Below are positions 35,740-47,152 of a DNA stretch of 64,000 bases, piece after piece. Numbering within the stretch: the first letter of the stretch is position 1; each line of letters begins with the position of its first letter. The DNA is taken from NCBI GenBank assembly GCA_963785305.1, contig CAWAUV010000007.1, positions 1,216,001 through 1,280,000 of the forward strand, read 5' to 3'. This DNA comes from an uncultured Planctomycetaceae bacterium (GTDB taxonomy: Bacteria; Planctomycetota; Planctomycetia; Pirellulales; PALSA-1355). The notes below the pieces were generated by a model, which saw only the letters and a program-made list of their open reading frames with translations, was not told where the DNA came from and did not search any database. Made by a program: the position numbers and the translations under genes.

Positions 35740-37029
35740 TTTACGCCGCGCGGCGCTCGTGCGTCCGCCCGTCTTCGGGTTCATGGCCGCGCTTCGTGGC
35801 GCGCGGAGCGTGGGAGCGTGATGCGAAGTCGCGTCCGAGGTCGCCAGCCGCTCGGGATGGAAGAGCGCCCGGATCAGCACTCGCATTTGCGAAGGCGATG
35901 GCTGGAACCAAGCGACGAACACGACCCCCGATCCGATCAGCACCCAACTACCGCAGCTCGCGGGCAACTGGACCAAGAGCACGGTGGTCGTGGCCAAGAG
36001 CACCGGCGGCATCCAGCGGCAATTGACCGTGAGCCGATCGGCGGCGGCGTGGGATTCCGCCGCGCCGGAGTTGTAGAGCACATGAATTCCGAGCACCACG
36101 ATGAATGCGCCGAACACGAAAATCTGGCAGCTCAGAAAGAAGTAGTCCAGACGGGTCATATAGTTCAGCGGCGGCAAGCTGCTATCGATCGAAATGCGAT
36201 ATGCGACGATCGTGAGCGTCGAGGTGATACCGATGCTGACTTGTGAGCTGAACTCCTTGGGATCCATCCAAAACACGGTTCCCGCGGCGGCCACGATCGG
36301 AATCAAGGGGAGCACGATGCCCCAAAAATAATAATGGGGGTCGCGCTCGACTTGCAGCTTCATGCGCATCAACGAAAACTGTTCGCCGGTTTTCGAATAG
36401 GCGCTGATCTTGCTTTCGGTCGAAAGGCCGTTGAGTTTCCAACCATGGGGCACCGCCCGCTCCGGATTGAGCGCTCGCACGCCCGCCGGCACGAACACGA
36501 CCTGATCGGCCTCGAACACCGATTCTTCCAGATCGACCTCGATCTGATGCTTGTCGAGCGGGAACTCATGCAGATCGAGACATCCGCCGATCATGCCGCG
36601 GTAGTAGCGGCTGTAGACCAGGGTTCCATCGGGATAAACATGCACTGCCTTGCGTCCGCGCACATTGACATCGAGCTCGTCGAGCAATTGCGGATCGGGA
36701 TTCCAGATATCGTCGACGCTGATCAGCTTGCGTTTCGCGCCTTCCCGCCCGGGATCGAAGGCCATCTTCGGATCGCGCCAGGTGTAGTAGACATAGAACT
36801 CCATCTCGACTTTCTGGTCGCGGTCGACGATCTGCGAGACCTCGACTAACTCGATGCTCACCGCCACCTGCGTGGGCCGGCCGGGCGGCAATTGAATCGC
36901 CGCGGCCCAAGCGGGATCGTCGGCCCAAGCCGCGCGGGCCACGAGGATCAGCGCCACGAACATCAAACAACGCAACCGCGGACGCGCGCTTGCGCTGGTC
37001 GCGACAATCCGTCGCGGTACGCGAAACAT
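35740..37029 (-). CDS. Prokaryotic pentameric ligand-gated ion channel (GLIC/ELIC-like); true stop uncertain
   Basis: Signal peptide, WRDP, IWNPD, DG.L.Y, FPLD loop, pre-M1 Arg, M1 Pro (IVLPL), M2-M3 loop LPPLNYMT, four TM helices. The tracked ORF runs on into the opposing gene, so the stop was probably lost. Confidence 0.88.
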
Positions 37030-37297
37030 GGAATACGAAGCGTCAGACAGTCGACCGCCTGAAAGCATAGCGTGGCTCTTTCTCGTCTCGCCGAGCGATG
37101 GAGGAATGAAAGGTCGACGTGGGCGGGCACTGAATTAACAGAATCGATCGCGCGGGTCCAGGCCGCTCGCCGCGAAAGCGAGGGTTGGCGGTCGGCGGTT
37201 GGTGGGACGGTGAAATTTTCAACAGCCTGGCACGCGCGACCGATTTCCGGCGATTGCAATGGGGGGCCGCGACCGTCGAGCGGCAGCGCGTCGGGAG

Positions 37298-37952
37298 TTA
37301 CAGCGCCGTGCTATCGCTGGCGAATTCGGCGGTGGGATCGTGGTCATAGAAATGACGCGCCACATGCTCCGAGAGCACTTTGATGAACTGGGTGCGAAAC
37401 TCGGCTTCGGGCTTGTCGCCCGCGGGAATCGGGCTCGTGGGCGGATAGTGAATCTGGGGGATCGAGGTCTCGAAAGCGGGCTCGTTCGGCTTGCGCATAT
37501 CGTAGACGACCAGCTTCGAGATCGTGGCCCGACCCTGATAAAGGCCCTGGCTTTGATAAAGGTCGAATTCGTCGAGATCGAGCCCCACGACCATGTCGGC
37601 GTGGAGGGCCTTGCCGATTTCGGTGAATTCATCCCAGCTTTTTTCGTCGGTCCATTCGGTGACTTCGCGTTGATCGATCACGGTGGCGCCGGCCACGTTT
37701 TTGGCGATCAGCTTGCCGATTTTTTTGCGCCAGGTCGCGACCGGCCGTCGGGTGACGATAGAGGAGCGTGGAAACCGGCCGGCAAATCACCGCGATCTTC
37801 TTATTCTTGAGTCCGGCGTATTCCGCCTTTTGATCGCCGCCTTGAATCATCCACAAGCCGGTGGCCATGAGGCTGCAACCGCTGGTGACGACAAACGCCA
37901 CCGAGAGCGTGGCGAGCGCGAATCCGCGGGACGAAACAGAGGAGCGATCCAT
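37298..37952 (-). CDS. Hypothetical lipoprotein (frameshift ~37720)
   Basis: Lipobox-like TSGC. Two consecutive ORFs have coding-like composition. Confidence 0.65.
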
Positions 37953-38048
37953 CGCGATACCTCGAGCTGAGGAAATATCCTGGAATTGAAATGAGCGTTT
38001 GCAATCGCGACCTCGCGCCGCGATCTTTCCGGCCCCACGGCCACCCGT

Positions 38049-38500
38049 TCAGCAACGCATCGTCAATCGCGCAATCCACTCCGCCATCACGAAACCCACG
38101 CATGCCACGGCCACGATGAACGCCGCCTTTTCAGGCGGCCACCACCCAGGCCGAGCGCCGATCGCGGCCAGTATCAAGCCTCCCACGCTCAATCCCGCGC
38201 TCGCGATCGCCAGCAATGTTCCGACGACATGCGTTCGCAGCGCCTCGCGCGCATTTCCATGCGCCAGATGGCTCCAAGCGGTTGTCATGCCACAGGTCGG
38301 ACACGGCCTTCCGAACAACACCCGAAACACGCACGGCGGCAAGCCAAGCTGCTGATGCGTGCCAAGGCCACGGGGATCGGGCTCTAAACACCGGGCGACA
38401 CACAGCAGCGCCAGGATTCCCAAGCTCGACGACAGCAGCCATAAACGCGTGCGCGGCCTGAAAACCGCGAACTGATTGATCGTGAATCGTGCGACGAATT
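38049..38500 (-). CDS. DUF2752-family membrane protein (start uncertain)
   Basis: GTHQQLGLPPC.F...G.PCPTCGMTTAW. Confidence 0.8.
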
Positions 38501-38617
38501 CAAGGACATGATTACGAAAGGAGCGGGAACATAGCGACAGCCGCCACACGGTGCAAGAGCGACTTTCGAAACCCGCCGATCGCCCGATCGCCAATCGCGC
38601 CGATCGCCAGGCCGGTC

Positions 38618-39292
38618 CTATTTCGTCTCGGCCGATTTTTCCGTGGCCGGGCTCGCGCTGGGGTCGACCAGCGAGGCGGTCTTCTCGCGCGGGGTGAATT
38701 TCAGCGCTACCGAGTTCAAGCAGTAACGCAGGCCGGTCGGCTGGGGGCCGTCGTCGAACACATGGCCGAGATGCGAGTCGCACCGCGGGCAGTAAATCTC
38801 GGTCCGCACGGCCCCATGACTCCGATCGATCCGCTCGGCGACATTCTCCGCGGCGATCGGTCGAAAAAAGCTCGGCCAGCCGGTTCCCGAGTGAAACTTC
38901 GTGTCGGAGCCAAACAGCGGCAGGCCACAGCCGATGCAGGTATAGACACCTTCGTCTTTCGTGTCGACCAGCTCGCCCGAGAACGCCGGCTCCGTGCCCT
39001 TGGCCCGCGCTACTTGATATGAGTCGGGCGCCAGCCGGCGATGCCACTCGCGCGGCGTGAGCACCAGCTTGGGCGAATCGAGGGGCCCGGTGAGCTTGCC
39101 CTCGGAATCGTACACACAGACGCGCACGCTCTTTTCGGCCTTCTCGTGCTTGGCGTCGGGCTTGCCGTCTTGCTTGGCTGATTTTTTCGCGGGCTCCGCG
39201 GCGCGAAGCGAAGTCGTCGGGCCGCCGCTCAAAGCAACAAGCGCCAGCAGGACGAGCGTCGAAACAGATCGAAATCGAGACGTGTTCATCAT
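38618..39292 (-). CDS. msrB: Peptide-methionine (R)-S-oxide reductase with signal peptide
   Basis: GTE.AF, CIGC and CPRC Zn sites, KFHSGTGWPSF, HLGHVFDDGP, RYCLNS. Confidence 0.94.
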   Translation of the reverse strand: MMNTSRFRSVSTLVLLALVALSGGPTTSLRAAEPAKKSAKQDGKPDAKHEKAEKSVRVCVYDSEGKLTGPLDSPKLVLTPREWHRRLAPDSYQVARAKGTEPAFSGELVDTKDEGVYTCIGCGLPLFGSDTKFHSGTGWPSFFRPIAAENVAERIDRSHGAVRTEIYCPRCDSHLGHVFDDGPQPTGLRYCLNSVALKFTPREKTASLVDPSASPATEKSAETK

Positions 39293-39479
39293 CGCCTCCC
39301 GAAGAGAAAGACCACGACCCGGCGCGGCAGCCCGCGCGCTCGGGGATCCTCTTCTTTGTAGCAACGCCACGGCGCCGCCGCAAATGCCGTGGAGCGGCAA
39401 TGTGCTGGCGAACAGGCGGCATGCGGCGGCGCAGCCTGCAGAATAGTTCGAAGGGCTGCTAAAGGAACGGCCGCGTGGT

Positions 39480-40384
39480 TCACGCGGCGCGGCGCGAGCG
39501 GGCGCGGCCTTCTTGCAGGGCTTCGGCCGAGATCGTGTCGACGAGCTGCTGGCCGAGCGCGTCGATCTCGATCAGGAGCGCGTCGGAGCGGCTCAAGAAG
39601 AAGAGATAGAAACAGAGCGCCGGCGCCGCCACTCCCAAGCCCGATGCGGTACACATGAGCGCTTCGCTGATGCCGCCGGCCAGCAGTTCGCTTCGCCCCA
39701 TGGCGTCGCTCGAGGCCACGGTGCTGAAGAGCTGCATCATGCCGAACACGGTGCCCAGCAGCCCCAAGAGCGGGCTCACGGTGGCCAGACCATTGAAGAG
39801 TCGCAGATAGCGGCGGAGACCATGCGCGGCTCGCTCGCCCGCGTCGATCAGCGCTTGCTCGACCTCGACCGCCGGGCGACCCCACTTCTTGACCCCGGCG
39901 GCGAACACGTCGGCCACCGGGCTCTTGCTTTCTTGACACAGGCCGAGCGCCGTGTCGCGGTCGAGCTTGCCGTCGCGCAGTTGCGGCAGGAAGCGTTTGA
40001 CAAACGGCCCGGGAATCACGCGACCGCGGCGAAGCGAGATCATGCGCTCGAACACGAAGACCAGCATCACGAACGAACAGCCGCCGAGCGGAATCATCAT
40101 GAGTCCGCCCCCGCGCAAGATCTCGAACAAACTCTTGCGGGTCGTCTTCGCGTCGGCTTCGGCGGCGGTCGCATCGTCGGTCGGGTTCACCGCGGCCCGC
40201 GAATCGGTGGCCGGCGGTTGAGCGACAGGCGCTTGGCTGGTCGGCGATTGGGCGATTGCTTGCGCGGGCCAGAGACTCTCGACCGCGAGTTGCCCCAGTC
40301 CGATCGCCACGAGCGCGAGGACGCCGCGCGCGGGGCCATTCGCCAGAGAGAGCCCGACCGCAAGGGAAATCGATCGATCGACAT
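39480..40384 (-). CDS. MotA/TolQ/ExbB proton channel protein (frameshift ~40320)
   Basis: SPLLGLLGTVFGM, GISEAL..TA.GL.VA.PA. Confidence 0.9.
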
Positions 40385-40488
40385 CACAGCTTCGCTCGCC
40401 TCAGTCGAAAGACGCCAGGGACTAGCCGCCGGATGCGAGACCGTTCGCGACCTCGCGCGGCCTGGCGGCCGTTCGGGCGACCTCGGCT

Positions 40489-40547
40489 GAGCCCCCGCCC
40501 TACCCTCTCTCATACGGGGAGAGGGGGAGTTTTCGGATAGGCTCTTA
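40489..40547. repeat. CCCTCTC...GAGAGGG repeat family copy
   Basis: TACCCTCTC...GGAGAGGGGGAG...TCGGATAGGCTCTT, matching 60494-60539. Confidence 0.7.
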
Positions 40548-40734
40548 ATTCAAGTTTCGCGTTTTTTGCTAGCACTCGAATCGCCGATTTCTCGTGGGTT
40601 TTGCACAGTTTGACGGCCGAACTGCCAATTTTTGCATGTTACCGAGAGGCCGAAGGTTGCCGGAAACGCGCCGAAATCGGAGAAACCACGACGAATCGGG
40701 CTATCGGAACTTTTGAAAACCGCGAAAGTCGAAC

Positions 40735-41304
40735 TTAATAGTTGCTCAGGGCGCCGCCATCGACATTGCCGACCATGTGCAAGTGGTTGTGGTCGATATA
40801 CACCACTTCCGACGAATCCTCGTCGACCAGCGTGTGCGGCAGCGGCCAGCCGACATGCGTGGTTTCCGTGTAGTAGATCGTGCATTTGTAATGGCAATGA
40901 TGCTGCTGGGCCGGTCCGACCAGCGGATAGACTCGCGGCGGATCGACATAGTCGGCGATCTTTTCCTTCACGATCCGCACATTGTCGCGCTGGACCGTTT
41001 GCAAAAACGGCGTGCCGCCCTGCGTGGGCATCGCCCGCTCCAGGGTGCGCATCACTTCGTCGTCGCTCGGCGGATCGAGCGCCGTGTCAGGTCCGCCGGC
41101 CGTCAGCGGCGGCAACACCGGAACGCGGTCATAGCGCTCCTTGACCCAGAATTCGTCTTCTTTCTTCTTCTGGAAGTACGGGCTCACCGGGATCGGGATC
41201 GCGAAGAGCCCGAGCGAGGGACCCGAGTGCATGCAACCAGGGCCGGAAAGAATGGCGACCGCCACTAGGATCGCCATCGCGGACGAGAACATCTTGGTCG
41301 ACAT
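40735..41304 (-). CDS. Conserved hypothetical lipoprotein
   Basis: Lipobox-like GPGC, PIPVSPYFQ, strong coding bias. Confidence 0.7.
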   Translation of the reverse strand: MSTKMFSSAMAILVAVAILSGPGCMHSGPSLGLFAIPIPVSPYFQKKKEDEFWVKERYDRVPVLPPLTAGGPDTALDPPSDDEVMRTLERAMPTQGGTPFLQTVQRDNVRIVKEKIADYVDPPRVYPLVGPAQQHHCHYKCTIYYTETTHVGWPLPHTLVDEDSSEVVYIDHNHLHMVGNVDGGALSNY

Positions 41305-41669
41305 GCGTAATCCTTCGACGACAGAAAATGCCCCATGCTTTGGGGCGCCAATCGGCGAAACCTTCCGAGACGTTTCGGGCCGCGGTTCCGCCTGTCGGAG
41401 GAACACAAGGCCGTCTAAGGCTTATTTATCGTGTGCGATTGCGCGGAACTTGCAGGTTTTTCCGATTTTGACGAAGAAATCGTTCGGCTCCAGGCGGCAA
41501 CGTCTTCCCCCATTTGCGCAGCCTTCCAGAATCGGGCGACCGGCGGCGCGAATCTCCTGGGCGTCGACTCTCCTGGGCGTCGACCCAAAAAAACCTCTCG
41601 TCGAGCTCGCGAGGAACTCGACGAGAGGCTGTTTGACGGCGTTTGAACAATTGTCGCTTGCTGGCAATG

Positions 41670-42754
41670 CTACTGGCACGAACGATCTTGGAAATCGAGG
41701 AACCACCAACCGTCGTCCCATTCGAGCGTCACCTTCCGCCAGCCCATCGGCACTTGCGGATAAGGATAGAACGGCCCGATGAATGGCCACGCCGTCGCCG
41801 AATACTGCCGCGGGTAGGTCACGGCGGCGTAGTTCGGGTAAGCGGCATAGCTTGGCCAAGCATAGTTCGGCATGCACGGTTGATCGTAGGCCATCGGCGG
41901 CGCGGCGCCATTGACGCCCGGAGCTCCGCCGGCATAAGCGCCGGAACTCCCGGCGCGAATGCTCGCGGTCCGGCGTTCGCATAACCCGGCGCCGGACCAT
42001 AGCCCGGAGCGCCAGCATAGGCAGCGCCGCCATTGACGACGCCATCGTCGATCACCGGGCCGGGACCGTACTGGCTGGCGTAGGCATTGCGACCGAATCC
42101 CGTGGCCGAGGCGGGATAGCCACCGCGAGCTCCACGTCCGCCGCCATTGCCCGGGGCGATGTTCATGTTCATCGCGGCGCCGGCATCGTCGTTTTGCAAT
42201 TGCTGGTAGCCGATCGGCACGCCGCGATAGATCGGGGCCGCGCCGCGATGGGCTTGCTTGCCGCCGTTGAGCGGTTTGGCGCCGACCGGAGTCGGCAGCG
42301 CACGCGCGGGCGAACCCGCGACATGTTTACCCGCGGGTCTTTTGGCGCCGACCGAACTGGCCGGCGACTGGCCCGGGGCGGGCGATTGGGCCTGGGCCGG
42401 ACGAATCTTCGCCCCGGCGCCGGCCGGCATGTTGAGCACCGCGTTTTGTTCGGCCGGTTTCTTGGCCGAAGCCTCGACTCGGAGATTGTTCACTACTTTC
42501 TCGACGCCCGGCATTTCGCTCACCACTTCGAGCGCCGTCGCCATTTGGCTCTCGCTGGTGACATTGCCCGACAACCAGGCCGAACCCTGTTTGTACTTGA
42601 CGCCGATGCTGTAGTCCTTGACCTTGCCGCTGTCGCGCAAGGCCTTGGCGATTTTCTTCGCGGTGTCGGCGTCTTCCTTGTCGCCGGCATGTCCGACGCG
42701 CGGCGCACTCAAGACGATCGCCAAGATCGCCGCGCCATAAAGCCAATGTCGCAT
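41670..42754 (-). CDS. BON-domain protein with Pro/Gly/Tyr-rich tail (frameshift ~41920)
   Basis: Signal peptide, G..WLSG.V....GVEKVVNNL BON domain, C-terminal GPFYPYPQVP.GWRKV.LEWDDGWW. Confidence 0.8.
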
Positions 42755-43235
42755 GAATGCCCCCCCATTTTTATAAATCCATCGCGGGCCGACACGTGAG
42801 CGCGCTGCGCTCCACCGGGCGGCCAATTCGCTCAACACGCGGAAACATCGGGAACGCTTGCCAGTGAACTCCCCGCCGCAGCCCAACCAGGGGACAAGCG
42901 GCCTTGGGCCAATCGTTCGTGACGCGCGAATCCTGCACGTCGGGCGTGCAGCGGTTCCCGTGTTATTAGGTGTCGGTTGCCGGTTGTGCCGACGGGGAGG
43001 ATTTTTTGGGTTTTTCAGCCCGATTCGGCAAAAAGCGCGAGCCCGCAAAACAACGGCGCTCGCGCGATCGCGGGGCTGCGGTCCCAGGGAGGGTCCATGT
43101 GCTGGCGTAGCCCATGCAAGCAAGTGAGCCGGCAGCGCCAGCGGAGACCAGCAGGCGAGCCGGGGGCGAGCAACCGAGAAGCAAGGTGTTGCGGGCGAGA
43201 TGCGGGCGGCGCGAGGGCGGGAAACGGGAATGCCG

Positions 43236-43508
43236 TCAGCGGACGTTGTTCAAAGCCAGCTTCGGACGTTCCCAAACCGCGAGCAGAATCATCACGCACA
43301 TGCTGGCGCCACCGGCCAGCCAGCCACCGCCGTGGCACACCGGCACGCTTGCCATGGTCGTAATCGCCACGGCAATCAGCGACACAAAGAAGAGGGCGCC
43401 CCAAATCCGCTGGCCACGCGACCCCCGACTAAGACGAGCCAAACACGCCGTGGCCAAGCCGACGAGCTGGAGGGCGGGGGCCCACAATATCGGATCGAAT
43501 GCTGACAT
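43236..43508 (-). CDS. Small hypothetical membrane protein
   Basis: 90 aa with three hydrophobic segments. Confidence 0.55.
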   Translation of the reverse strand: MSAFDPILWAPALQLVGLATACLARLSRGSRGQRIWGALFFVSLIAVAITTMASVPVCHGGGWLAGGASMCVMILLAVWERPKLALNNVR

Positions 43509-43704
43509 AAAGCGAAGTCCCTTTCGCACAATGCGTCGTGCCCAGCCGCGAACCGCCCTCGCTTCGCGGGGGCGCCGGTGAAAAAATCGAGTTTTTTTCA
43601 ACCGTGGCGGGCACTTTGTCAAAAGTTCCGGCTACTGTCGAGCCGAATAAATCGCTTTTTGCGATGCGGCGCGAGACGGCCGCCATTGAATCCGGCGGCG
43701 CGCT

Positions 43705-43925
43705 GCTTTCACCATTTTGGTGAAACGCATTTCACCAAAGCGGTGAATGAACATTAAGCCATTGTTGCGTAATAACTTACGCCACCATTCTCGCGGACCC
43801 TGGGTTATTGACCGAGAAGTGGTCGATGGCGACATCGAAAACAAGTCTTTTCAGAATAAGGACTTGCATCGCAAACCCGCCAGGCTTCATCGTTTTGGTG
43901 AAATAGACGGCGAAACGGTGGAGCG
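43705..43925. repeat. Nested imperfect palindrome (foldback element)
   Basis: ATTTCACCAAAGCGGTGAA (43729-43747) is inverted at 43886-43904, with two inner AAG...CTT palindromes and a central stem. Confidence 0.7.
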
Positions 43926-44472
43926 CCACGGAAAGTCACCGCGATGCGCCGAAATGCCTTAAACGCAATCGCGACATCGCTTTGGAGATCATGTTGCTCG
44001 CCCTGCTAGCACGACTCTTTGTCGCGGCACAATCCTTGCTTACGGAATCGTTTGCCTAGCGGCCGCCTTCCGTGCGGGTAGTCGCGGGGAACTCGAATCT
44101 CCTCGTGGAAAAAGGATTGCAACATGGTCGTGCTCGCCAAAGACGCCGCGAATTGCTCGGACTCGCCCTACAGCTTTTCGTGTCAAGAGACTTTCGAGCG
44201 GATTCGTCCCTCGAAGCAAGCTCGTCCTCCGCAAAAGAACAAGCGGGGCGGCGGCGTTCCCGGCAGTTCGCGTCTGCGGCGCAATAAGCATTGGTCCTGG
44301 TGAGGCCCTTTGAGGCGCCGATTCGCCTTTGCGGATTGCGCTTCGGGCTTCAGAAGGCTATCGATCAACACAAGCGGCCTGGGCAAGTTTAGAACTTACC
44401 CAGGCCGTCTTCGTTTTATGATGGGCCCTGTTTGCGCCGGACGTTGGTCATGGGGAATCCGTCGCCCGACGC

Positions 44473-46459
44473 TCACGGCTTGGCTTTTGCCGCTGGCGGG
44501 CTTAGGAGGTTCATTTTCGCCAGTTCGGCGTCGAGCTCCGCCGCATGCACATTGCGATTCGTCACGCGCCCCTGCTTATCGACCAGCAGCATCGTGGGAA
44601 AGGTGAGGATGCCCATTTCGTTGGCCAAGCGGCCATCGAGGCCGCCGCCCTCGTAGATTTGCTCCCAAGGCAACCGATTCTGTCGCAGATAGGCTTGCAG
44701 CTTCAGCGGATCCTTATCCAGGCTGATGCTCACAATGGTGAATCCGCCGGGAGCGTACTTGGCTTGAATCGCTTGCAACAGCGGCATGTCGGCCTGGCAG
44801 GCGCTGTATTCGGCCGCCCAATAATGAATCAGCACCACCTTGCCCTTGTACTTGGCGAGGTCGACCGTCTTGCCGTCGAGCCCCTTGCCGCGAAGGGTGA
44901 GCGGCTTGCCGATCGAATCGAGCCGGGTCATGGCGCCTTTGGCCTTGGCGCCGGCGGAGGAGTCGGGCGGAGCAAGTTGGATAAGCTGGGTATACCAGTG
45001 ACTTGCCTTGCTTTCCTCGCCCGCTAGCTCGAGCGCGTTGGCCAGTTGCAGCATGGCTTCGACGCCATCGACGGACTTGCCGTGCTGGGTGCAATATTCT
45101 TGCAGGTCGGCGAGCCACTTGGTTTGAATTTTGGGATACTCGTCGGCCGGCTTCGTGCGGAGGCTTTCGACATATTCCGCGTTCATCGCGCGAAACTGAA
45201 CATAGGCCACGAGGTCCGGATTGTTTTCTTTCGCGCGGATGTTTTCGAGCAGTGTCTTAAGCCGCGCCACGCCCTCGGGATAGGCTTCCGCCTGCGAGCC
45301 GGCGCTCGACGCTATCGGAGAGCTGCTTGAGCCACTCGACGCGCTGCTCGCCTTCGGTCGCGTCGGCGAGTTTTTCGAGAATATCGGCCCGGCGGATATT
45401 TTGTTGGATCAGTTCGTTCTGGCCGGCGGGCGTTTCCTTGTCGAGCTTGCCGAGCTCGTCCATCAGGCTTTGAGCTTCGGCCGTCGGACGTCCGCCCAAG
45501 GGATCGCTCGAATCGCCAAAGGGCCGGGCCGGCGCCATCACTCCCCCCACTTTTTCATCGTCGGCGGCTTCCTTGGCGCTGGGCACCGCGATCAGCCTCC
45601 AAGTGTCGCCGCTACGCACCAGGGCGCCGATCGGCAACTGACCGCCGGACTTGCCATCGGTTTCGACCATCGCGAACACATTTTCATAGACCATCACATC
45701 CGCTTCCGAGCCATCGACGCCGGCCGGCACGATTCCCGGCCGCACCGCGCCAAAATAGGTCCAGCGGCTCTTCGGGCCCACGATTTTCTGCTGCTTGGCC
45801 AACTCGGCGAAGGCGGCCTTGGCGCCCGCGACGCGGCGATTGATCTCCGCGGTCTTGGCCGGGCCCAGGCCCAGGGCTTGCAACTCCTTGGCCGGAATCA
45901 AGAGCCGCTCGAAGCGGGTAAAGTCGTTGTCGCGCAGCGCGGCGATCACTTCGGCCGTGACTTCCTCGGCCGAGATCATTTTCCAGGTTTCGATTCTGCT
46001 GTCCTTGCCATCGTCGCTGGCAAAGAGTCCCCAGCGCGAGCCGGCCGTGTTGAGCCAGCGGCATTGATCGGCCTTGCCGTTGAAATTCGAGTCGATATCG
46101 CGGTAAACCTCGATGCCGTCTTTGTAATAGCACCAGAGATCGACCACATTGTTGGCATTGCTATCGACGAAGTTGCGCAAGGTTTGGCCCTGCCCGTCGC
46201 GCACCACCCAGCCTGTCTTGCCGGCGATTTTTTCGGCTTTGATCGTACACTTGGCCAAGTCGGCCGCCGCGGGCCGATCGTAGTCGACGTCTTTCTGCAC
46301 GGGCGCCAGCTTCATGGCCTGCTCGACCGTGACTCCGGCCCAGGCCGCCGTCGCGCTCATTGCCCCGGCCAGCGCGGCGACGCTCGCCGCCCGACCCAAC
46401 ACGCTAGCCAGCTTCGAACGAGAAACCGCGTGCAAGCAGAAGCCCGAACGTCGGGACAT
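44473..46459 (-). CDS. Secreted protein with C-terminal TlpA/redoxin domain (frameshift ~45300)
   Basis: Signal peptide, DL..YKGKVVLIHYWA, SISLD, PTMLLVDKQG. Confidence 0.82.
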
Positions 46460-46658
46460 GGCGACAACTCCGAAAGAAAGGAAGACCGGGAGAATCGTGT
46501 TCGATCACACGCCCAGCAAGATCATGCGCACAATACCAATGGATATGGTCCGCGCCCGTTGCCGGGCGTCGGCATCTTACTTTGTCGGTCGGGCTCAAAG
46601 GTCGGCTTGAACCGCTCCGGAAGAATCGTCGGACTAGGCGAATGTTTTAGTCCTTGCC

Positions 46659-47090
46659 TTACGAATCGTCGATTTGGCTGGCTTCCACATCCTGGCGGCC
46701 GCCCGCCTCCTTGAACAAAAATCGCGGCAGCCGGGTCACACGGCCCTCGCGATTCACGCATGCCAGCATGCTTTCGCCTTCGGCCAATAAGCTGTCGCCG
46801 CGATACACTTCGTAGCGATGCGCGATGCTAGCGCCGCGAGCCGCCGTGGTCGTGGTGCGCAGCCGCAAGAGATCGTCAAACGCCGCTGGCTGGTGGTAGA
46901 CACAGCGAATCTCATGCACTACCAGCATGTAGCCCATCTCTTCGAGCCGTCGATAATCGTAACCGGCCGCCCGGAGCAGTTCGGTGCGGCCGAGCTCGAA
47001 ATAGGTGAAATAGTTGGCGTGATGCACTCGCCCCTGGCCATCGGTCTCTTGATAGCGGACTCGAATTTCGACTTCGTGCTGAGTGAGCAT
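46659..47090 (-). CDS. YbgC/FadM-family acyl-CoA thioesterase
   Basis: RVRYQETDGQGRVHHANYFTYFELGR. Confidence 0.9.
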   Translation of the reverse strand: MLTQHEVEIRVRYQETDGQGRVHHANYFTYFELGRTELLRAAGYDYRRLEEMGYMLVVHEIRCVYHQPAAFDDLLRLRTTTTAARGASIAHRYEVYRGDSLLAEGESMLACVNREGRVTRLPRFLFKEAGGRQDVEASQIDDS

Positions 47091-47152
47091 GCGGCGACCG
47101 GCGGAGGCGAGGCGAAAAACCAATCGAGTTCGCCGACGATGGAACCTATCGG

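Noticed and set aside
43930..44470. tRNA, tmRNA, RNase P or SRP RNA in the long intergenic gap
   Set aside because: No diagnostic motifs were found by eye. A covariance-model scan would be needed to exclude them fully.
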